This document shows, piece after piece, positions 27,244-39,847 of a stretch of DNA of 64,000 nt (positions within the stretch are counted from its first letter, which is position 1; every line of letters starts with the position of its first letter). The notes beneath the pieces are model-generated. The model was not told the DNA's origin and ran no database searches. It saw nothing but the letters and a program-made list of their open reading frames with translations. A program made the position numbers and the translations under genes. The DNA lies in contig CAIQNH010000095.1 of NCBI GenBank assembly GCA_903873135.1, forward strand, positions 1,327 to 65,326. The letters are read 5' to 3'. The stretch is from an uncultured Actinomycetes bacterium (GTDB lineage Bacteria > Actinomycetota > Acidimicrobiia > Acidimicrobiales > Microtrichaceae).

Positions 27244-29324
27244 CCCGGACCTCCCGATCCGACGTCGTTGAGGCTGGCCTGCGCAGCGCTGGACTCGGCC
27301 TCGCGGCACTGACCGGCCGCCGCGATGGTGCACGCGGTCGGGAGGGTTCCGTCGCTCGCCGGCGCCAGGATCCGGAACGCCAGCGGTGCCGCCACGTCGC
27401 CACCGAATCCCGCCTCCGGGATGACCACCGAGATGACGTACTCCGGGTCGACCCCGGCGGCGATCGGACCCCACCCGGCGAACAGGGCCGAGTCGGCCTT
27501 GCCCGCCACCTGGGCCGTGCCCGTCTTGCCGCCCATCGTCCACGCCGTCGGCGAGGCGGACCAGGACCGGCTGGCGGTGCCGTCCTCCTCCTGGGTCACC
27601 CCGATGAGCCCGGCCAGGACCCGGAGGTAGAAGTCGTCGTCCATCTCCACCCGACCGACCTCCTCCGGGGTGACCGTGCGGACGACCTCGAAGTTGCCGG
27701 GCTCGCCCGGGGGTTCGGCCGGGTCGATCGGACGGGTCACCTGGGAGATCACCTGTGGCCGGTACCGGACGCCACCCGTGGCGATCGTGGCGTAGAGCTC
27801 GGCGAGCTGCAGCGGGGTGACGAGCACGTCGCCCTGGCCGATCGACGTGATGACCGTGTCACCGGTGAACCAGTCGCCGGTCAGGAACACCTCCGGGTTC
27901 GACTCGAAGGCGGCGCGGCGCTGCTCCGGGGTCGGGACCCGACCCGAGGTCTCGCCGGGGAGGTCGATGCCGGTCGGTGCGCCCAGTCCGAACTCGGTGG
28001 CCACGTCCTGGATCGGGTGGTCACCGAACTGCCACCGGTTGAGCCACATCAGCTCGGCGAGCCGGTAGTAGTAGGTGTCGGACGACACCGCCAGGGACCT
28101 GGCCAGATCCACCGTGCCGAGCTTCTTCCGACCGGCGTTCTGGAAGGTGCAGCCGGCCCCCTCACAGTTCTGGAGCCGGTACGTGCCGGCGTCGTCGTAC
28201 TCCTCGTTGCCGGGACCGATCACCCCCGCCCGCCATCCGGCGAGCGCCGTGACGGGCTTGAAGGTCGACCCGGGCGCGTAGGCACCCTGCAGCGCCCAGT
28301 TGTAGAGCGGCCGGCCGTTGTTCGGGTCGTTCAGCTGCTCCCACAGGTCGGTCGAGATGCCGTTCACCAGGATCGAGGGGTTGTACGAGGGGTAGGAGGC
28401 CATGGCGAGGATCTGCCCCGTGCCCGGCTCGATGACCACGACCGAGCCCTGCGGGGCGTTGAGCGTGCCCTCGCCACCCTCCCGGCCCCGCAGCGAGCGG
28501 ATCTTGGCCGCCAGCAGTCGCTCGGCGTGGGCCTGCAGGTCGAGGTCGATCGAGAGCCACACGTCGTCGCCGGGACGGGCGTCGGTCCGCTCGAGCTCGC
28601 CGAGCAGCTCGCCGCGGGCGTTCACCTCGATCGTCCGCCGGCCGGGCACCGCCCGGAGGGTCGCCTCCTCCGACGACTCGATCCCGCCCTTGCCGAAGCT
28701 GTCACCCGGTTGGTACTCCTTCGGAGTGCCGTCCTGGGCGCGGGGCACGGCCTCCCCCTCGACCGACGCCAGCTCGTCCTCGTTCACCTCGCCGACGTAG
28801 CCGACGAACTGCGCGGCGAGCGATCCGTAGGGGTAGGACCGCACCGTGCGCCGCTCCACCACGACCCCGGGGAACCGGTCGGCACGTTCGGCCAGGTAGA
28901 GCTCGACGTCCTCGGGCACCTCGTCCGCGACGGGCACGTACTCCTGCGGCGAGTAGCGGACGTCGCCGTAACGGCGCTCGACGGTGCTCACCTTGGTGGG
29001 TACCCCCAGTTCGGTCAGCGTGTCGGCGAGGTCGACGAACACCGCCGCCCGCTCGTCCTCCTCGAGCCGGCGGAGCGGCTCACGGTCGAGCGCGACGACG
29101 ATGGTCGTGCGGTTGTCCACCAGGACGCGACCGTTGCGGTCGAGGATGCGGCCACGGGGACCTTCCTCGTGGATCACCCGCAGTCGGTTGGACTCCGTGG
29201 CCGCCTCGAACCGCTGCGGGTCGACGCCCTGGAGGAACCAGAGCCGCACGAACAGGGCTGCGAACAGACAGACGGCGACGATGCCGATGCCACTGAGCCT
29301 CACCTGGGTGGAACTGGTGTTCAT
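27240..29324 (-). CDS. mrdA: penicillin-binding protein 2 (class B transpeptidase)
   Basis: Motifs GSTFKP (SxxK), SSD and KTGTA. I prefer the start at ATG 29324 (MNTSSTQVRLSGIGIVAV...). The ORF also opens at 29396, overlapping mreD. Confidence 0.88.
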   Translation of the reverse strand: MNTSSTQVRLSGIGIVAVCLFAALFVRLWFLQGVDPQRFEAATESNRLRVIHEEGPRGRILDRNGRVLVDNRTTIVVALDREPLRRLEEDERAAVFVDLADTLTELGVPTKVSTVERRYGDVRYSPQEYVPVADEVPEDVELYLAERADRFPGVVVERRTVRSYPYGSLAAQFVGYVGEVNEDELASVEGEAVPRAQDGTPKEYQPGDSFGKGGIESSEEATLRAVPGRRTIEVNARGELLGELERTDARPGDDVWLSIDLDLQAHAERLLAAKIRSLRGREGGEGTLNAPQGSVVVIEPGTGQILAMASYPSYNPSILVNGISTDLWEQLNDPNNGRPLYNWALQGAYAPGSTFKPVTALAGWRAGVIGPGNEEYDDAGTYRLQNCEGAGCTFQNAGRKKLGTVDLARSLAVSSDTYYYRLAELMWLNRWQFGDHPIQDVATEFGLGAPTGIDLPGETSGRVPTPEQRRAAFESNPEVFLTGDWFTGDTVITSIGQGDVLVTPLQLAELYATIATGGVRYRPQVISQVTRPIDPAEPPGEPGNFEVVRTVTPEEVGRVEMDDDFYLRVLAGLIGVTQEEDGTASRSWSASPTAWTMGGKTGTAQVAGKADSALFAGWGPIAAGVDPEYVISVVIPEAGFGGDVAAPLAFRILAPASDGTLPTACTIAAAGQCREAESSAAQASLNDVGSGGPG

Positions 29325-29364
29325 GCTCGCTCGGCGTGGAGTGACGGGTGGGCCCCGGGTCGCA

Positions 29365-29874
29365 TCAGCGGATCTGGACGGCGGAGTGGTCGTCACCAGC
29401 CCACCGGCAGACCGCCATGGCCGGGACGCAGAGGGCGGCGTTGACGACCGAGACGATACCGACGATCGCCAGCAGGTTCGGGTCAGCCAGCGTCTGGGAC
29501 CCGAGCAGATGCCCCAGCGTGGCGTAGATCAGCGTCCCGGCGGCGCTCAGCGCCGCGGTCGACAGCGCCCAGATCGTGGTGCTGGGCCGGACGACGGTGT
29601 CGCCCGCCACCCCGGCGGCGTACCCGGTCAGGGTCGACGCCAGCGCACCCACCCCGAAGCGGGTGTGGAGGTAGAGGTCGGCCACCACCCCGGCGGCGAA
29701 GCCGACGACCGCACCGCGGGCGGGTCCACCCGTGAGTCCGGCGGTGACGGCCAGGAGGAGGAGCAGGTCCGGGTGCACCCCCGCGACCTCGAGACGGGAG
29801 GCCACGGCCACCTGCGCCACCACCACGACGGTGAACACCAGCGCCCAACGGACGGCCCGGGAGTCGAGGTTCAC
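29365..29874 (-). CDS. mreD: rod shape-determining protein MreD
   Basis: Small polytopic protein between mreC and mrdA. The GTG at 29874 overlaps the mreC stop (GTGA). Confidence 0.75.
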   Translation of the reverse strand: MNLDSRAVRWALVFTVVVVAQVAVASRLEVAGVHPDLLLLLAVTAGLTGGPARGAVVGFAAGVVADLYLHTRFGVGALASTLTGYAAGVAGDTVVRPSTTIWALSTAALSAAGTLIYATLGHLLGSQTLADPNLLAIVGIVSVVNAALCVPAMAVCRWAGDDHSAVQIR

Positions 29875-30707
29875 GACGGCGGCTCCCACTCGAGGACCTG
29901 CACGACGTCGAGCTTGGTGAGCTCGGCCGACAGGGACACCTCCAGTCGCTGCTCCCGAGTGGTCGGGTTGGGGTCCACGGCGCTCACCACCCCGACGGGG
30001 ATGTCGGGCGGCATGATCGAGGTGCTCAGCCCCGAGGTGAGGACGGCCTCGCCGGTCCGCACGGCGTCGTCGAGGTCGATCCCCCGGTCGACGACGAAGG
30101 TCCCGCGCGCACCGGCGCCCCGCCCGACACCGAGGTCCTGCGTGGAGGCGAGCCGGACGCCGATCACGAACTCCGGATCGGTGGCGAGCTGCACGACCGA
30201 GGTGGTGCTGCCGACCCGCTCGAGTCGGCCGACCAGCCCCGAGCGCGTCACCACCGGCATGCCGACGGCCAGTCCGCTCGAGGAGCCGCGGTCGATCTCG
30301 ATCCGGTAGTCGGCGAAGTTCGAGTACGCGCCGGAGGAGACGCGCGCCACCTGCGTGGGGATGCCGTCGACGTACCCGAGCTCGAGCTGTTCGTTCAGTC
30401 GACGCAGCTGCTCGCGTGCGCTCTGCTCGAGCACCACGTCGGACTCGAGCTCGCCGATGCGGTCACGGAGCTGCTGGTTCTCGGCGACCAGGTCGTCGTA
30501 GCCGGTCACGCCGTTCCACGCGTTGCGGAAGGGCGCGGTGATGGTGTCGACGACACCCTGGAACGGCGAGGCCGTGTCCCCGGCGACGGCGCGGGCACCG
30601 GAGAAGACCGGGAAACCACCGGCGTCGAGCGCGATGAGCGTGACGGCGACGAGCGAGAGCACCACCAGCAGGTAGCGGGAACGACGTCGGGTGGCGACCG
30701 GCCGCAC
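29871..30707 (-). CDS. mreC: rod shape-determining protein MreC
   Basis: N-terminal anchor, coiled coil (ENQQLRDRIGELE) and a beta-rich C-domain. Sits directly after mreB. Confidence 0.85.
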   Translation of the reverse strand: MRPVATRRRSRYLLVVLSLVAVTLIALDAGGFPVFSGARAVAGDTASPFQGVVDTITAPFRNAWNGVTGYDDLVAENQQLRDRIGELESDVVLEQSAREQLRRLNEQLELGYVDGIPTQVARVSSGAYSNFADYRIEIDRGSSSGLAVGMPVVTRSGLVGRLERVGSTTSVVQLATDPEFVIGVRLASTQDLGVGRGAGARGTFVVDRGIDLDDAVRTGEAVLTSGLSTSIMPPDIPVGVVSAVDPNPTTREQRLEVSLSAELTKLDVVQVLEWEPPS

Positions 30708-30712
30708 GGCCG

Positions 30713-31762
30713 TCAGTCGCGGTGCGACGAGAACAGGATCCCGCGGAGCGAGTCGAACTCCTCGAGCGCCTGTCCGGAACCCAGCGCCACGGCCTCGAGC
30801 GGGCGTGGGGCGATCCTGATCGGCATGCCGGTCTCGTTGGCGAGCCGGTTGGCGAAGCCCTTGAGCAGTGCCCCACCGCCGGTGAGCACGATCCCCCGCT
30901 CCATCACGTCGGCGGCCAGCTCCGGCGGGGTCTTGTCGAGGGTCACCTTGACGGCGTCGACGATGGCCGAGAGCGGCTCCTCGATCGCCTCGCGGATCTC
31001 GTAGGTGGACGTCACGATGGTCTTGGGGAGCCCGGTGACCAGGTCACGCCCACGGATCTCGGCCTGCAGCTCCTGCTCCATCGGCCACGCCGAGCCGAGC
31101 TCCATCTTCACGACCTCGGCGGTCCGCTCACCGAGGGCGAGCGAGTACTCCTTCTTGATGTACTGGATGATCGCCTCGTCGAGCTCGTCGCCACCGACGC
31201 GCACGGACTGGCTCGTCACCACGCCGCCGAGCGAGATCATCGCCACCTCGGTCGTGCCGCCACCGATGTCGACGACCATGTTGCCCGTCGGCTCCTGCAC
31301 CGGGAGACCGGCACCGATGGCCGCGGCCATGGGCTCCTCGATGATGTGGGCCGGCTTGCGTGCACCGGCGAACTCGGCCGCGTCCTGGACGGCACGCTGC
31401 TCGACCCCGGTCACCCCCGAGGGGACGCAGATGATCATGCGCGGCTTCGAGAACCGGCTGTTGTGCACCCGCTGGATGAAGTAGCGGAGCATGGTCTCGC
31501 AGACCTCGAAGTCCGAGATCACGCCGTCCCGCAGGGGACGGATGGCACGGATGTGCGCCGGCGTCTTGCCGATCATGCGCTTGGCCTCGGTCCCGACGGC
31601 CACGGCCCGTCCGTCCTGCTCGCGGACGGCGACCACCGAGGGCTCGCACAGGACGATCCCCTCACCACGCACGTAGACGAGCGTGTTCGCCGTGCCCAGG
31701 TCGACGGCCATGTCGCGACCGGTCAGGCCGTTGCTGAGCATCGAGGTCGACAGGCGGGGCAT
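30713..31762 (-). CDS. mreB: rod shape-determining actin homolog MreB
   Basis: Motif [36 protein letters not shown] hexamer overlaps the listed GTG at 31777, so I prefer the ATG at 31762. Confidence 0.92.
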   Translation of the reverse strand: MPRLSTSMLSNGLTGRDMAVDLGTANTLVYVRGEGIVLCEPSVVAVREQDGRAVAVGTEAKRMIGKTPAHIRAIRPLRDGVISDFEVCETMLRYFIQRVHNSRFSKPRMIICVPSGVTGVEQRAVQDAAEFAGARKPAHIIEEPMAAAIGAGLPVQEPTGNMVVDIGGGTTEVAMISLGGVVTSQSVRVGGDELDEAIIQYIKKEYSLALGERTAEVVKMELGSAWPMEQELQAEIRGRDLVTGLPKTIVTSTYEIREAIEEPLSAIVDAVKVTLDKTPPELAADVMERGIVLTGGGALLKGFANRLANETGMPIRIAPRPLEAVALGSGQALEEFDSLRGILFSSHRD

Positions 31763-31917
31763 AGACGGTGTCCTCACGCTACCCGTTCACGCACGACCGG
31801 TTCCGGTCGCCGTGGCGGGACCTGCGGTCTGATCCCGGGGAGACGAGACCGTCATCATGACAGACTCGCAACACAACCGTAAAGAGAATGTCGGGTGGGT
31901 CGACCGGCGGGGCTAGC

Positions 31918-32346
31918 ATGCCGCCCGTGAGCAGAACCTTCGTCATGTGCAAGCCGGATGCGGTCGAGCGAGGCCTGGTCGGCGAGATCATCGGCCGGAT
32001 CGAGCGGAAGGGCCTGCAGCTCGCCGCCGTGGAGCTCCGGCACGTGGACACCGAACTCGCCGAGGCCCACTACGCCGAGCACGCCGACAAGCCGTTCTTC
32101 GGTGAGCTCGTGGCCTTCCTCACCCGCTCCCCCGTCGTGGCCATGGCCGTGGACGGACCGGGCGACGACACCTGGCTCATCGCCCGACTCCTGATCGGAG
32201 CCACCAAGGTCCAGGACGCCCAGCCCGGAACCATCCGGGGCGACCTCGCGACCACCACCAACGAGAACCTGGTGCACGGTTCCGACTCCGACGAGTCGGC
32301 CCGTCGGGAGCTCGGACTCTGGTTCCCGGGGCTCCCCCAGGACTGA
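31918..32346 (+). CDS. ndk: nucleoside diphosphate kinase
   Basis: Motifs [24 protein letters not shown] and NLVHGSDS. I prefer the ATG at 31918 on N-terminal length; the ORF opens at 31888. Confidence 0.92.
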   Translation: MPPVSRTFVMCKPDAVERGLVGEIIGRIERKGLQLAAVELRHVDTELAEAHYAEHADKPFFGELVAFLTRSPVVAMAVDGPGDDTWLIARLLIGATKVQDAQPGTIRGDLATTTNENLVHGSDSDESARRELGLWFPGLPQD

Positions 32347-32360
32347 CCCACGTCGGGGAG

Positions 32361-33674
32361 TCAGCTCCGGTCGGCCAGGGCGGACCGGGCCTCGTCGAGC
32401 AGCCGGAACGATCCGGCCACCACCACCAGGTCCTCCTCGAGGGCTGCGGCGCGCACCTGGTCGAGTCCGGCGGGGATCGACCCGACCGCCTCGGCCGCCA
32501 CACCACGGCGACGCCACTCGGCAGCGAGCGGCTCCGGATCACCCCGGCGTGCGCCCTCGCCCACCGGGACGCACACGACCAGGTCCGGCCGGAGCGCTGC
32601 GGCCGACTCGACGAACCGGGCCGGGTCGCGACCGGCGAGGAGGCCGACCACGAGGTAGCGGGTGCCGACCACGGCGAACTCCGCGTCGACCGTCTCGGCG
32701 AGGGCGGCGACGGCGTCGGGGTTGTGGGCGCCGTCGAGCACCACCAGCGGCTGGTGGGCCACCACCTCGCACCGCCCCTCCACCCGCACCGAGGCGAGGC
32801 CCTCGGCCACGGCGTCGGGAGCGAGCGCCCGGTCGAAGAACGCCTCGGCGGCGGCGACGGCCACTGCGGCGTTGCGGGCCTGGTGGGCCCCGGCGAGCGG
32901 CACGTGCAGCTCGCCGTACCTGGCGTACACGCCGTCGACGTCGACCAGGTGGCCCCCGACCGCGACCAGGTCCTCGGCCACCTCGAAGTCCCGGCCGGCA
33001 CACCACAGTCGCGCCGGACCCTCGGCGGCGAAGATCGGCCACAGCACCGGGTCGACGTCGCCGAGCACCGCCGTGCCCTCGGGGCGCAGGATCCCGGCCT
33101 TCTCCGAGGCGACCGCCGCCTCCCAGCCGTCGGCGAAGTCCGTGTGGTCACCCCCCACCGAGGTCACGACCGACACCACCCCGTCCACGACGTTGGTGGC
33201 GTCGTAGCGACCCAGCAACCCGACCTCCACGACCGCCACGTCGACCGGCGTCTCGGCGAAGCACCGGAGTCCGGCGGCCACCATGATCTCGAACCAGGTC
33301 GGCCGCTGGGACAGGAGCGGTTCCACGGCGCGCACCCCGTCGAGCACGTCGGCGAGGAGTGCGTCGGACACCGGCTCACCGTTGAGCCGGATCCGCTCGT
33401 TGATCGAGCGCAGGTGCGGACTGGTGGCGGTGCCGACGGTCAGCCCGTGCGCCACGAGGATCGCCGACACCATGGCGGCGACCGAGCCCTTGCCGTTGGT
33501 GCCCGTCACGTGGACGACCGGCTGGGCGTCCTGGGGGTCGCCGAGCACACCGACGAGCTCGCGCACGGAGGCGAGGTCGAGGCCGTCGATGTGGCCGGCC
33601 GACACGCCGAGGCTGCCCGTCTCGTGGTCCTGGTGCGAGTCGAGCCACTCGAGGGCCCGGGCGAGCTCGGTCAC
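32361..33674 (-). CDS. folC: bifunctional folylpolyglutamate synthase / dihydrofolate synthase
   Basis: Mur-ligase-type P-loop [10 protein letters not shown]; 437 aa. Confidence 0.88.
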   Translation of the reverse strand: MTELARALEWLDSHQDHETGSLGVSAGHIDGLDLASVRELVGVLGDPQDAQPVVHVTGTNGKGSVAAMVSAILVAHGLTVGTATSPHLRSINERIRLNGEPVSDALLADVLDGVRAVEPLLSQRPTWFEIMVAAGLRCFAETPVDVAVVEVGLLGRYDATNVVDGVVSVVTSVGGDHTDFADGWEAAVASEKAGILRPEGTAVLGDVDPVLWPIFAAEGPARLWCAGRDFEVAEDLVAVGGHLVDVDGVYARYGELHVPLAGAHQARNAAVAVAAAEAFFDRALAPDAVAEGLASVRVEGRCEVVAHQPLVVLDGAHNPDAVAALAETVDAEFAVVGTRYLVVGLLAGRDPARFVESAAALRPDLVVCVPVGEGARRGDPEPLAAEWRRRGVAAEAVGSIPAGLDQVRAAALEEDLVVVAGSFRLLDEARSALADRS

Positions 33675-33714
33675 GTCGTCGTCCGGACGAGGTGGCGACG
33701 ACCCGGGACGCCGG

Positions 33715-34989
33715 TCAGGAGGCGGCCCGACGCGAGCGCGACGACTTGCCCTGGTCGCGGAGCACCAGCGTCGGCGGCTCGCCCGAACGGACCACCGCCT
33801 CGTCGACCCGAACCACGGCCACGTCGTCCCGGGAGGGCAGGTCGTACATCACCCCGAGGAGGACCTCCTCCAGGATCGCCCGCAACCCACGGGCTCCGGT
33901 CCCGCGCACCAGGGCCTGGTCGGCCACGGCGATCAACGCCTCGTCGGTGAACTCCAGCTCGACGTCCTCGAGCTCGAAGAACTTCCGGTACTGCTTGACC
34001 AGGGCGTTCTTGGGCTCGACGAGGATCTGGATCAGCGCCTCGCGGTCGAGGTTGTCGACCACCCCGATCACGGGGAGTCGACCCACGAACTCGGGGATCA
34101 GGCCGAACTTCAGGAGGTCCTCGGGCAGGACGCCGGAGAGGAGGTCGCTCTCGGAGCGCTCCTCGGCGGTGCGGATCTCCGCCCCGAAGCCGACGCCGCG
34201 CCGGCCGATGCGCTGCTCGATGATCCCGTCGAGGCCGGCGAAGGCTCCTCCGCAGATGAACAGGATGTTCGTCGTGTCGATCTGGATGAACTCCTGGTGG
34301 GGGTGCTTGCGGCCACCCTGCGGGGGCACCGACGCCGTCGTGCCCTCGAGGATCTTCAGCAGGGCCTGCTGGACCCCCTCGCCCGAGACGTCCCGGGTGA
34401 TCGAGGGGTTCTCCGACTTGCGGGCCACCTTGTCGATCTCGTCGATGTAGATGATCCCGGTCTCGGCCTTCTTCACGTCGAAGTCGGCGGCCTGGATCAG
34501 CTTCAACAGGATGTTCTCGACGTCCTCGCCGACGTAACCGGCCTCCGTCAGAGCGGTGGCGTCGGCGATGGCGAAGGGCACGTTGAGCATCCGGGCCAGG
34601 GTCTGGGCCAGCAGCGTCTTGCCGCACCCGGTGGGCCCGACGAGCATGATGTTCGACTTCTGCAGCTCGATGTCGTCGACCCCGTTGCGGTTGCCGTGCT
34701 GCACCCGCTTGTAGTGGTTGTAGACGGCCACCGAGAGGATCTTCTTGGCCTGCTCCTGACCGACGATGTAGTCGTCGAGGAACGCGAAGATCTCACGCGG
34801 CTTGGGCAGGTCGTCGAGCGCGAACTCGCCGGTCTCGGTGAGCTCCTCCTCGATGATCTCGTTGCACAGGTCGATGCACTCGTCGCAGATGTAGACACCC
34901 GGACCAGCGATCAGCTTCTTGACCTGCTTCTGCGTCTTGCCGCAGAACGAGCACTTGAGGAGCTCGCCTCCGTCACCGAACTTGGCCAC
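33715..34989 (-). CDS. clpX: ATP-dependent Clp protease ATP-binding subunit ClpX
   Basis: Zinc finger [26 protein letters not shown] and Walker A GPTGCGKT. Confidence 0.97.
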   Translation of the reverse strand: MAKFGDGGELLKCSFCGKTQKQVKKLIAGPGVYICDECIDLCNEIIEEELTETGEFALDDLPKPREIFAFLDDYIVGQEQAKKILSVAVYNHYKRVQHGNRNGVDDIELQKSNIMLVGPTGCGKTLLAQTLARMLNVPFAIADATALTEAGYVGEDVENILLKLIQAADFDVKKAETGIIYIDEIDKVARKSENPSITRDVSGEGVQQALLKILEGTTASVPPQGGRKHPHQEFIQIDTTNILFICGGAFAGLDGIIEQRIGRRGVGFGAEIRTAEERSESDLLSGVLPEDLLKFGLIPEFVGRLPVIGVVDNLDREALIQILVEPKNALVKQYRKFFELEDVELEFTDEALIAVADQALVRGTGARGLRAILEEVLLGVMYDLPSRDDVAVVRVDEAVVRSGEPPTLVLRDQGKSSRSRRAAS

Positions 34990-35139
34990 CGGACTCCTCG
35001 CCGTGGTTCGGTCCGCCGCTCGCCGGGGGGCGGGACGGACAACGTCGTGTGGACCGGGGCGGCGCTGCCACCGGAGGGACCATTGTGGCCGATCGCACCG
35101 ACGGCGCGACGGACTCCCCGCGACGAACCGACCCCGGGG

Positions 35140-35775
35140 TCAGCGGATCGCTGTGACCGGGCCGCCCACGGCGCCGCTGCGGGACTCGATCACCTCGTCG
35201 ATGATCCCGTACTCCTTGGCCTCGGCCGCCGTCATCACGTAGTCGCGGTCGGTGTCACGGGAGATGCGCTCGACGTCCTGACCGGTGTGACGGGCGAGGA
35301 CCTGCTCGAGGGTCGCCTTGAGTCGCAGGATCTCGTTGGCCGCGATCTCGAGGTCGGAGACCTGGGCGTAGCCCGACTGTGCGTAGGGCTGGTGGATCAG
35401 GACCCGGGCGTTGGGGAGGGCGAGCCGCTTGCCCTGCGTGCCGGCGGCCAGCAGGACGGCGGCGGCGGAGGCGGCCTGCCCGAAGCACAGCGTGGTGATC
35501 TCCGGACGGACGTACTGCATGGTGTCGTAGATCGCCATCAGCGCGTTGATGTCACCGCCCGGCGAGTTGATGTAGATGCTGATGTCGCGGTCCGGGTTCT
35601 CGGACTCGAGGAACAGCAGCTGGGCGCACACCAGGTTGGCGACCGTGTCGTCGATCGGGGTGCCGAGGAAGATGATGTGCTCCCGCAGGAGCCGGGAGTA
35701 GAGGTCCGAGGTGCGGGTGCCCTTGGGCGTCTCCCACTCGACGCTCGGCATGTAGTAACTGCTGGGCTCGATCAC
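35140..35775 (-). CDS. clpP: ATP-dependent Clp protease proteolytic subunit
   Basis: Motifs [20 protein letters not shown] and IHQP. GTG start with AGGAG upstream. Confidence 0.95.
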   Translation of the reverse strand: MIEPSSYYMPSVEWETPKGTRTSDLYSRLLREHIIFLGTPIDDTVANLVCAQLLFLESENPDRDISIYINSPGGDINALMAIYDTMQYVRPEITTLCFGQAASAAAVLLAAGTQGKRLALPNARVLIHQPYAQSGYAQVSDLEIAANEILRLKATLEQVLARHTGQDVERISRDTDRDYVMTAAEAKEYGIIDEVIESRSGAVGGPVTAIR

Positions 35776-35810
35776 TCGCTCGCTCCTGGTTCTCTGCCGG
35801 GTCGTTCTGT

Positions 35811-37172
<1,362 letters not shown>

Positions 37173-37242
37173 AGGAGGGGCAGCATACCGACCGCTGCGC
37201 GCCGCCCGTGCATCGGCTCGACTGCCGGTAGCATCTCCGTCA

Positions 37243-37319
37243 CGGGACGTGGCGCAGCCTGGGAGCGCACCGGCTTTGGGTGCCGGGGGTCGCGAGTTCA
37301 AATCTCGCCGTCCCGACCA
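37243..37319 (+). tRNA. tRNA-Pro (anticodon UGG)
   Basis: 77 nt cloverleaf. Acceptor CGGGACG/CGTCCCG, anticodon stem CCGGC/GCCGG with loop TTTGGGT, T-arm GTTCAAATC, encoded CCA. Confidence 0.9.
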
Positions 37320-37357
37320 CTCGGACGGGCCGGCCGTCGGCGACCCGACGGTCCGGC

Positions 37358-38638
37358 TCAGCCGCCGAGCAGGTCGCGGGCCGCCCGCTCCAGGTCCTCG
37401 CGGAACCTCGGGTCCGCCACTGCGATCAGCGCCGCCGCCCGCTCGTCGACGGTCCGCCCCTCGAGCTCGGCCACCCCGAACTCCGTGACCACCTGGTCGA
37501 CGAGGTTCTTGTGGCCGGTCACCACCGAGCCCGGCGTCAGCTCCCCCACGATGCGCGACACCGTCCCGTCCACCGCCGTGGACCGGGTGACGATGAAGCT
37601 CCGACCGTCGTCGGCCAGTTGGGCGCCCCGCAGGAAGTCCACCTGACCCCCGGACGACGAGACGTAGCGGTGGCCGATGGACTCCGAGGCGCACTGGCCC
37701 AGCAGGTCGACCTGCATGGTCGCATTGACGGCGCAGATCCGGGGCAGGCTCGCGATCACCCGCGGACTGTTGGTCACGTCCACCGACTGGAACGACACGA
37801 CGTCCTCCTCGGCGAGCCACCGGTAGAGCCGGTCGGTGCCGAACGCCGTGGTGGTGACGATGGTGGGGTCCCCCGCCCCGTCGGTGAGTCGGACCGCTCC
37901 CGCCTCCACCAGGTCCACCAGCGAGTCGCTGAGGAGCTCGGTGTGGACCCGGAGCCCCCGGTGGTCCCGGAGCAGCTCGACCACGGCGCTCGGGACCGAC
38001 CCCACGCCCACCTGCAGCGTGGCTCCGTCGGGGATCCGCTCCGCGACGAACCCGGCGATGCGCCGGTCCACGTCGTCGGGCTCGCGGACGCTGGTCTCGA
38101 GGAGCTGGTGCTCGGCGGTGGTCCAGCCGGCGCAGTCGGCGAGCTGGATCTGGTGACGGCCGCTCGTGCGCGGCATGGCCGGGTTCACCTCGACGACCAC
38201 CGGCACCTCGCCGAGCAGCGCCGCTGCGTAGTCCGCCGTCACGCCCATGGAGACCACGCCCAGGTGGTCCGGCGGCGAGGCCGCCACCACCAGCAGGGGT
38301 CGTCGGCAGCGACGACGCAGGATCGTCGGCACCCGGTGGAAGTCGTTGGGCACGAGGTCCACGTGGCCCGCTGCGAAGTCCTCACGGATCGCCGGGCTCA
38401 GGAAGTACGAGACGTGACGGAGCCGGTCGCCGAAGACGCCGGAGTGGTGGGGACGGTGGCGGAACGGGTGCATCTGGTGCACCCGGACGCCCTCGAGGGT
38501 GTCACCCCGGGCCTCGAGGGCGTCGAGGAAGGCGACGGGCTCGCCGTTGCCGAGGGGCACGATGACGTCGGTCCCCGGCTCCACCAGGTCGACCAGCGAC
38601 TCGACCGAGGACGGGGGCGGGACGGCGGCGCTCACCAC
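37358..38638 (-). CDS. acetyl-CoA hydrolase/transferase family protein (4-hydroxybutyrate CoA-transferase-like)
   Basis: 426 aa with two-domain CoA-transferase-like layout (VPLGNGEP..., LQVGVGSVPSAV, HTELLSD). Family call made by eye. Confidence 0.7.
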   Translation of the reverse strand: MVSAAVPPPSSVESLVDLVEPGTDVIVPLGNGEPVAFLDALEARGDTLEGVRVHQMHPFRHRPHHSGVFGDRLRHVSYFLSPAIREDFAAGHVDLVPNDFHRVPTILRRRCRRPLLVVAASPPDHLGVVSMGVTADYAAALLGEVPVVVEVNPAMPRTSGRHQIQLADCAGWTTAEHQLLETSVREPDDVDRRIAGFVAERIPDGATLQVGVGSVPSAVVELLRDHRGLRVHTELLSDSLVDLVEAGAVRLTDGAGDPTIVTTTAFGTDRLYRWLAEEDVVSFQSVDVTNSPRVIASLPRICAVNATMQVDLLGQCASESIGHRYVSSSGGQVDFLRGAQLADDGRSFIVTRSTAVDGTVSRIVGELTPGSVVTGHKNLVDQVVTEFGVAELEGRTVDERAAALIAVADPRFREDLERAARDLLGG

Positions 38639-38693
38639 GACGATCCTGTCAGGCCGGACGCAGCACCGCCGGGGCCCACCGGACCGGGCCGGT

Positions 38694-39743
38694 TCACGAC
38701 GCCGGCCCGCCGCCGGGCCGACCCGGTGGAGGTCTCGGCCCCGTGACCGTCGTGGCCACCCCGCCCTCGGGCACGAACCCCGAGGCGAACCGGGTCTCCG
38801 GGATCGGTGCGAGCTGGGCGACGCGTCGGAGCAACCCGGGTGGAGCGTCCCGGTACCGGTCCCACACGACGGCGTCGACGAGCACGGCGAGCCAGAGGGT
38901 CGCCCCGAGCAGGAAGAGGTAGGTGAGCAGCGAGAGGGCGACGCCCAGCACCCCGTAGGTGGTCGACGCCGACGAGAGCCGGTCGGGCAGGTAGTAGGTG
39001 GCGAGCAGCTGGAGCACCAGGATCCCGCCGGCCCCGGTGGCCGTCCCCGGCAGCAGCCAGTACCAGGACGTGCAGCGGTGCGGGAGCATCCACGTGAGCG
39101 CGAAGAACGCCACCGCCGCGGCGGCCGTGTTGGCCGACGTCGCTGCCAGCCCGGCGAGCAGGCCCGCCCGCCGCACGACGAGCGACAGGTACAGGATCCC
39201 GACGAACAGGAGCAGGCTGCCCGCCAGACGGATCACGGCCCGACCCTTGCCCGGGAACCGGCGAGCCGGGATCCGCCACGCCACGGCGGCGGCGAACTGG
39301 AGGGCCCCGAGCAGACCCCACGACGCGACGACGAACCCCACGACGCCGGTGACCAGGAGCGGCAGACGGCTCCGCTCGGCGTCCTCGCCCGCCTGGGCGA
39401 TGGTGGCGGCGATCCACTTCCCCAGCCCGAGTCCGTCGGCGGTGTCGGCGGCGGCGAGCTGGTCGAACCCGCTGATCGCCACCACGATCGCCCCGATCGG
39501 CAGCAGCATGATGAAGAACCGGTAGGCGAGGTAGCCGGCGACCACGGCGGCGCCGTCGGTCCGCGACCGATCGACGAGGTCCACGAGGACGCCCAGCCAA
39601 CCGTGCTGGGCGGACCAACGGTCGAGCCGCTCCCGGATCGCCTCGACGCTCGCCAGCAGTCGCCCCGGACGAGCCGTGTCGGTCGCATCGGGGGGCTCGT
39701 CTCCCCCACTGGTGGTCGGCTCGTCGCCGCGTGCGTCGCGCAT
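38694..39743 (-). CDS. YihY/BrkB family membrane protein
   Basis: Polytopic protein with AGYLAYRFFIMLLP. I prefer the ATG at 39743 because GGAGGG lies 5 nt upstream and a TAGGAT hexamer sits at 39770->39765. The ORF opens at 39761. Confidence 0.75.
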   Translation of the reverse strand: MRDARGDEPTTSGGDEPPDATDTARPGRLLASVEAIRERLDRWSAQHGWLGVLVDLVDRSRTDGAAVVAGYLAYRFFIMLLPIGAIVVAISGFDQLAAADTADGLGLGKWIAATIAQAGEDAERSRLPLLVTGVVGFVVASWGLLGALQFAAAVAWRIPARRFPGKGRAVIRLAGSLLLFVGILYLSLVVRRAGLLAGLAATSANTAAAAVAFFALTWMLPHRCTSWYWLLPGTATGAGGILVLQLLATYYLPDRLSSASTTYGVLGVALSLLTYLFLLGATLWLAVLVDAVVWDRYRDAPPGLLRRVAQLAPIPETRFASGFVPEGGVATTVTGPRPPPGRPGGGPAS

Positions 39744-39835
39744 GGCCCTCCGGACTGCCACCGGATCCTACCGGCGCAGCCGGACGGGTCCGAGGGGCCG
39801 GCCGGGCTCCGGGTGGAGCGCGGCGCGGCGCCGTC

Positions 39836-39841
39836 TACGCT
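39836..39841 (+). promoter_or_regulatory. -10 hexamer TACGCT for the leaderless hydrolase gene
   Basis: TACGCT, then 6 nt, then the ATG at 39848. Confidence 0.4.
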
Positions 39842-39847
39842 GACCCG

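Noticed and set aside
26122-27543. The long rodA form (473 aa), and the long forms of tig (669 aa), proB (677 aa), metG (929 aa), gpsA (492 aa) and yaaA (349 aa) given by the ORF track.
   Set aside because: The N-terminal extensions are Arg/Pro/Gly-rich and overlap upstream genes. In each case an internal GTG or ATG is in frame, either forming a GTGA/ATGA junction or carrying an SD or -10 signal, and it yields a protein of canonical length.
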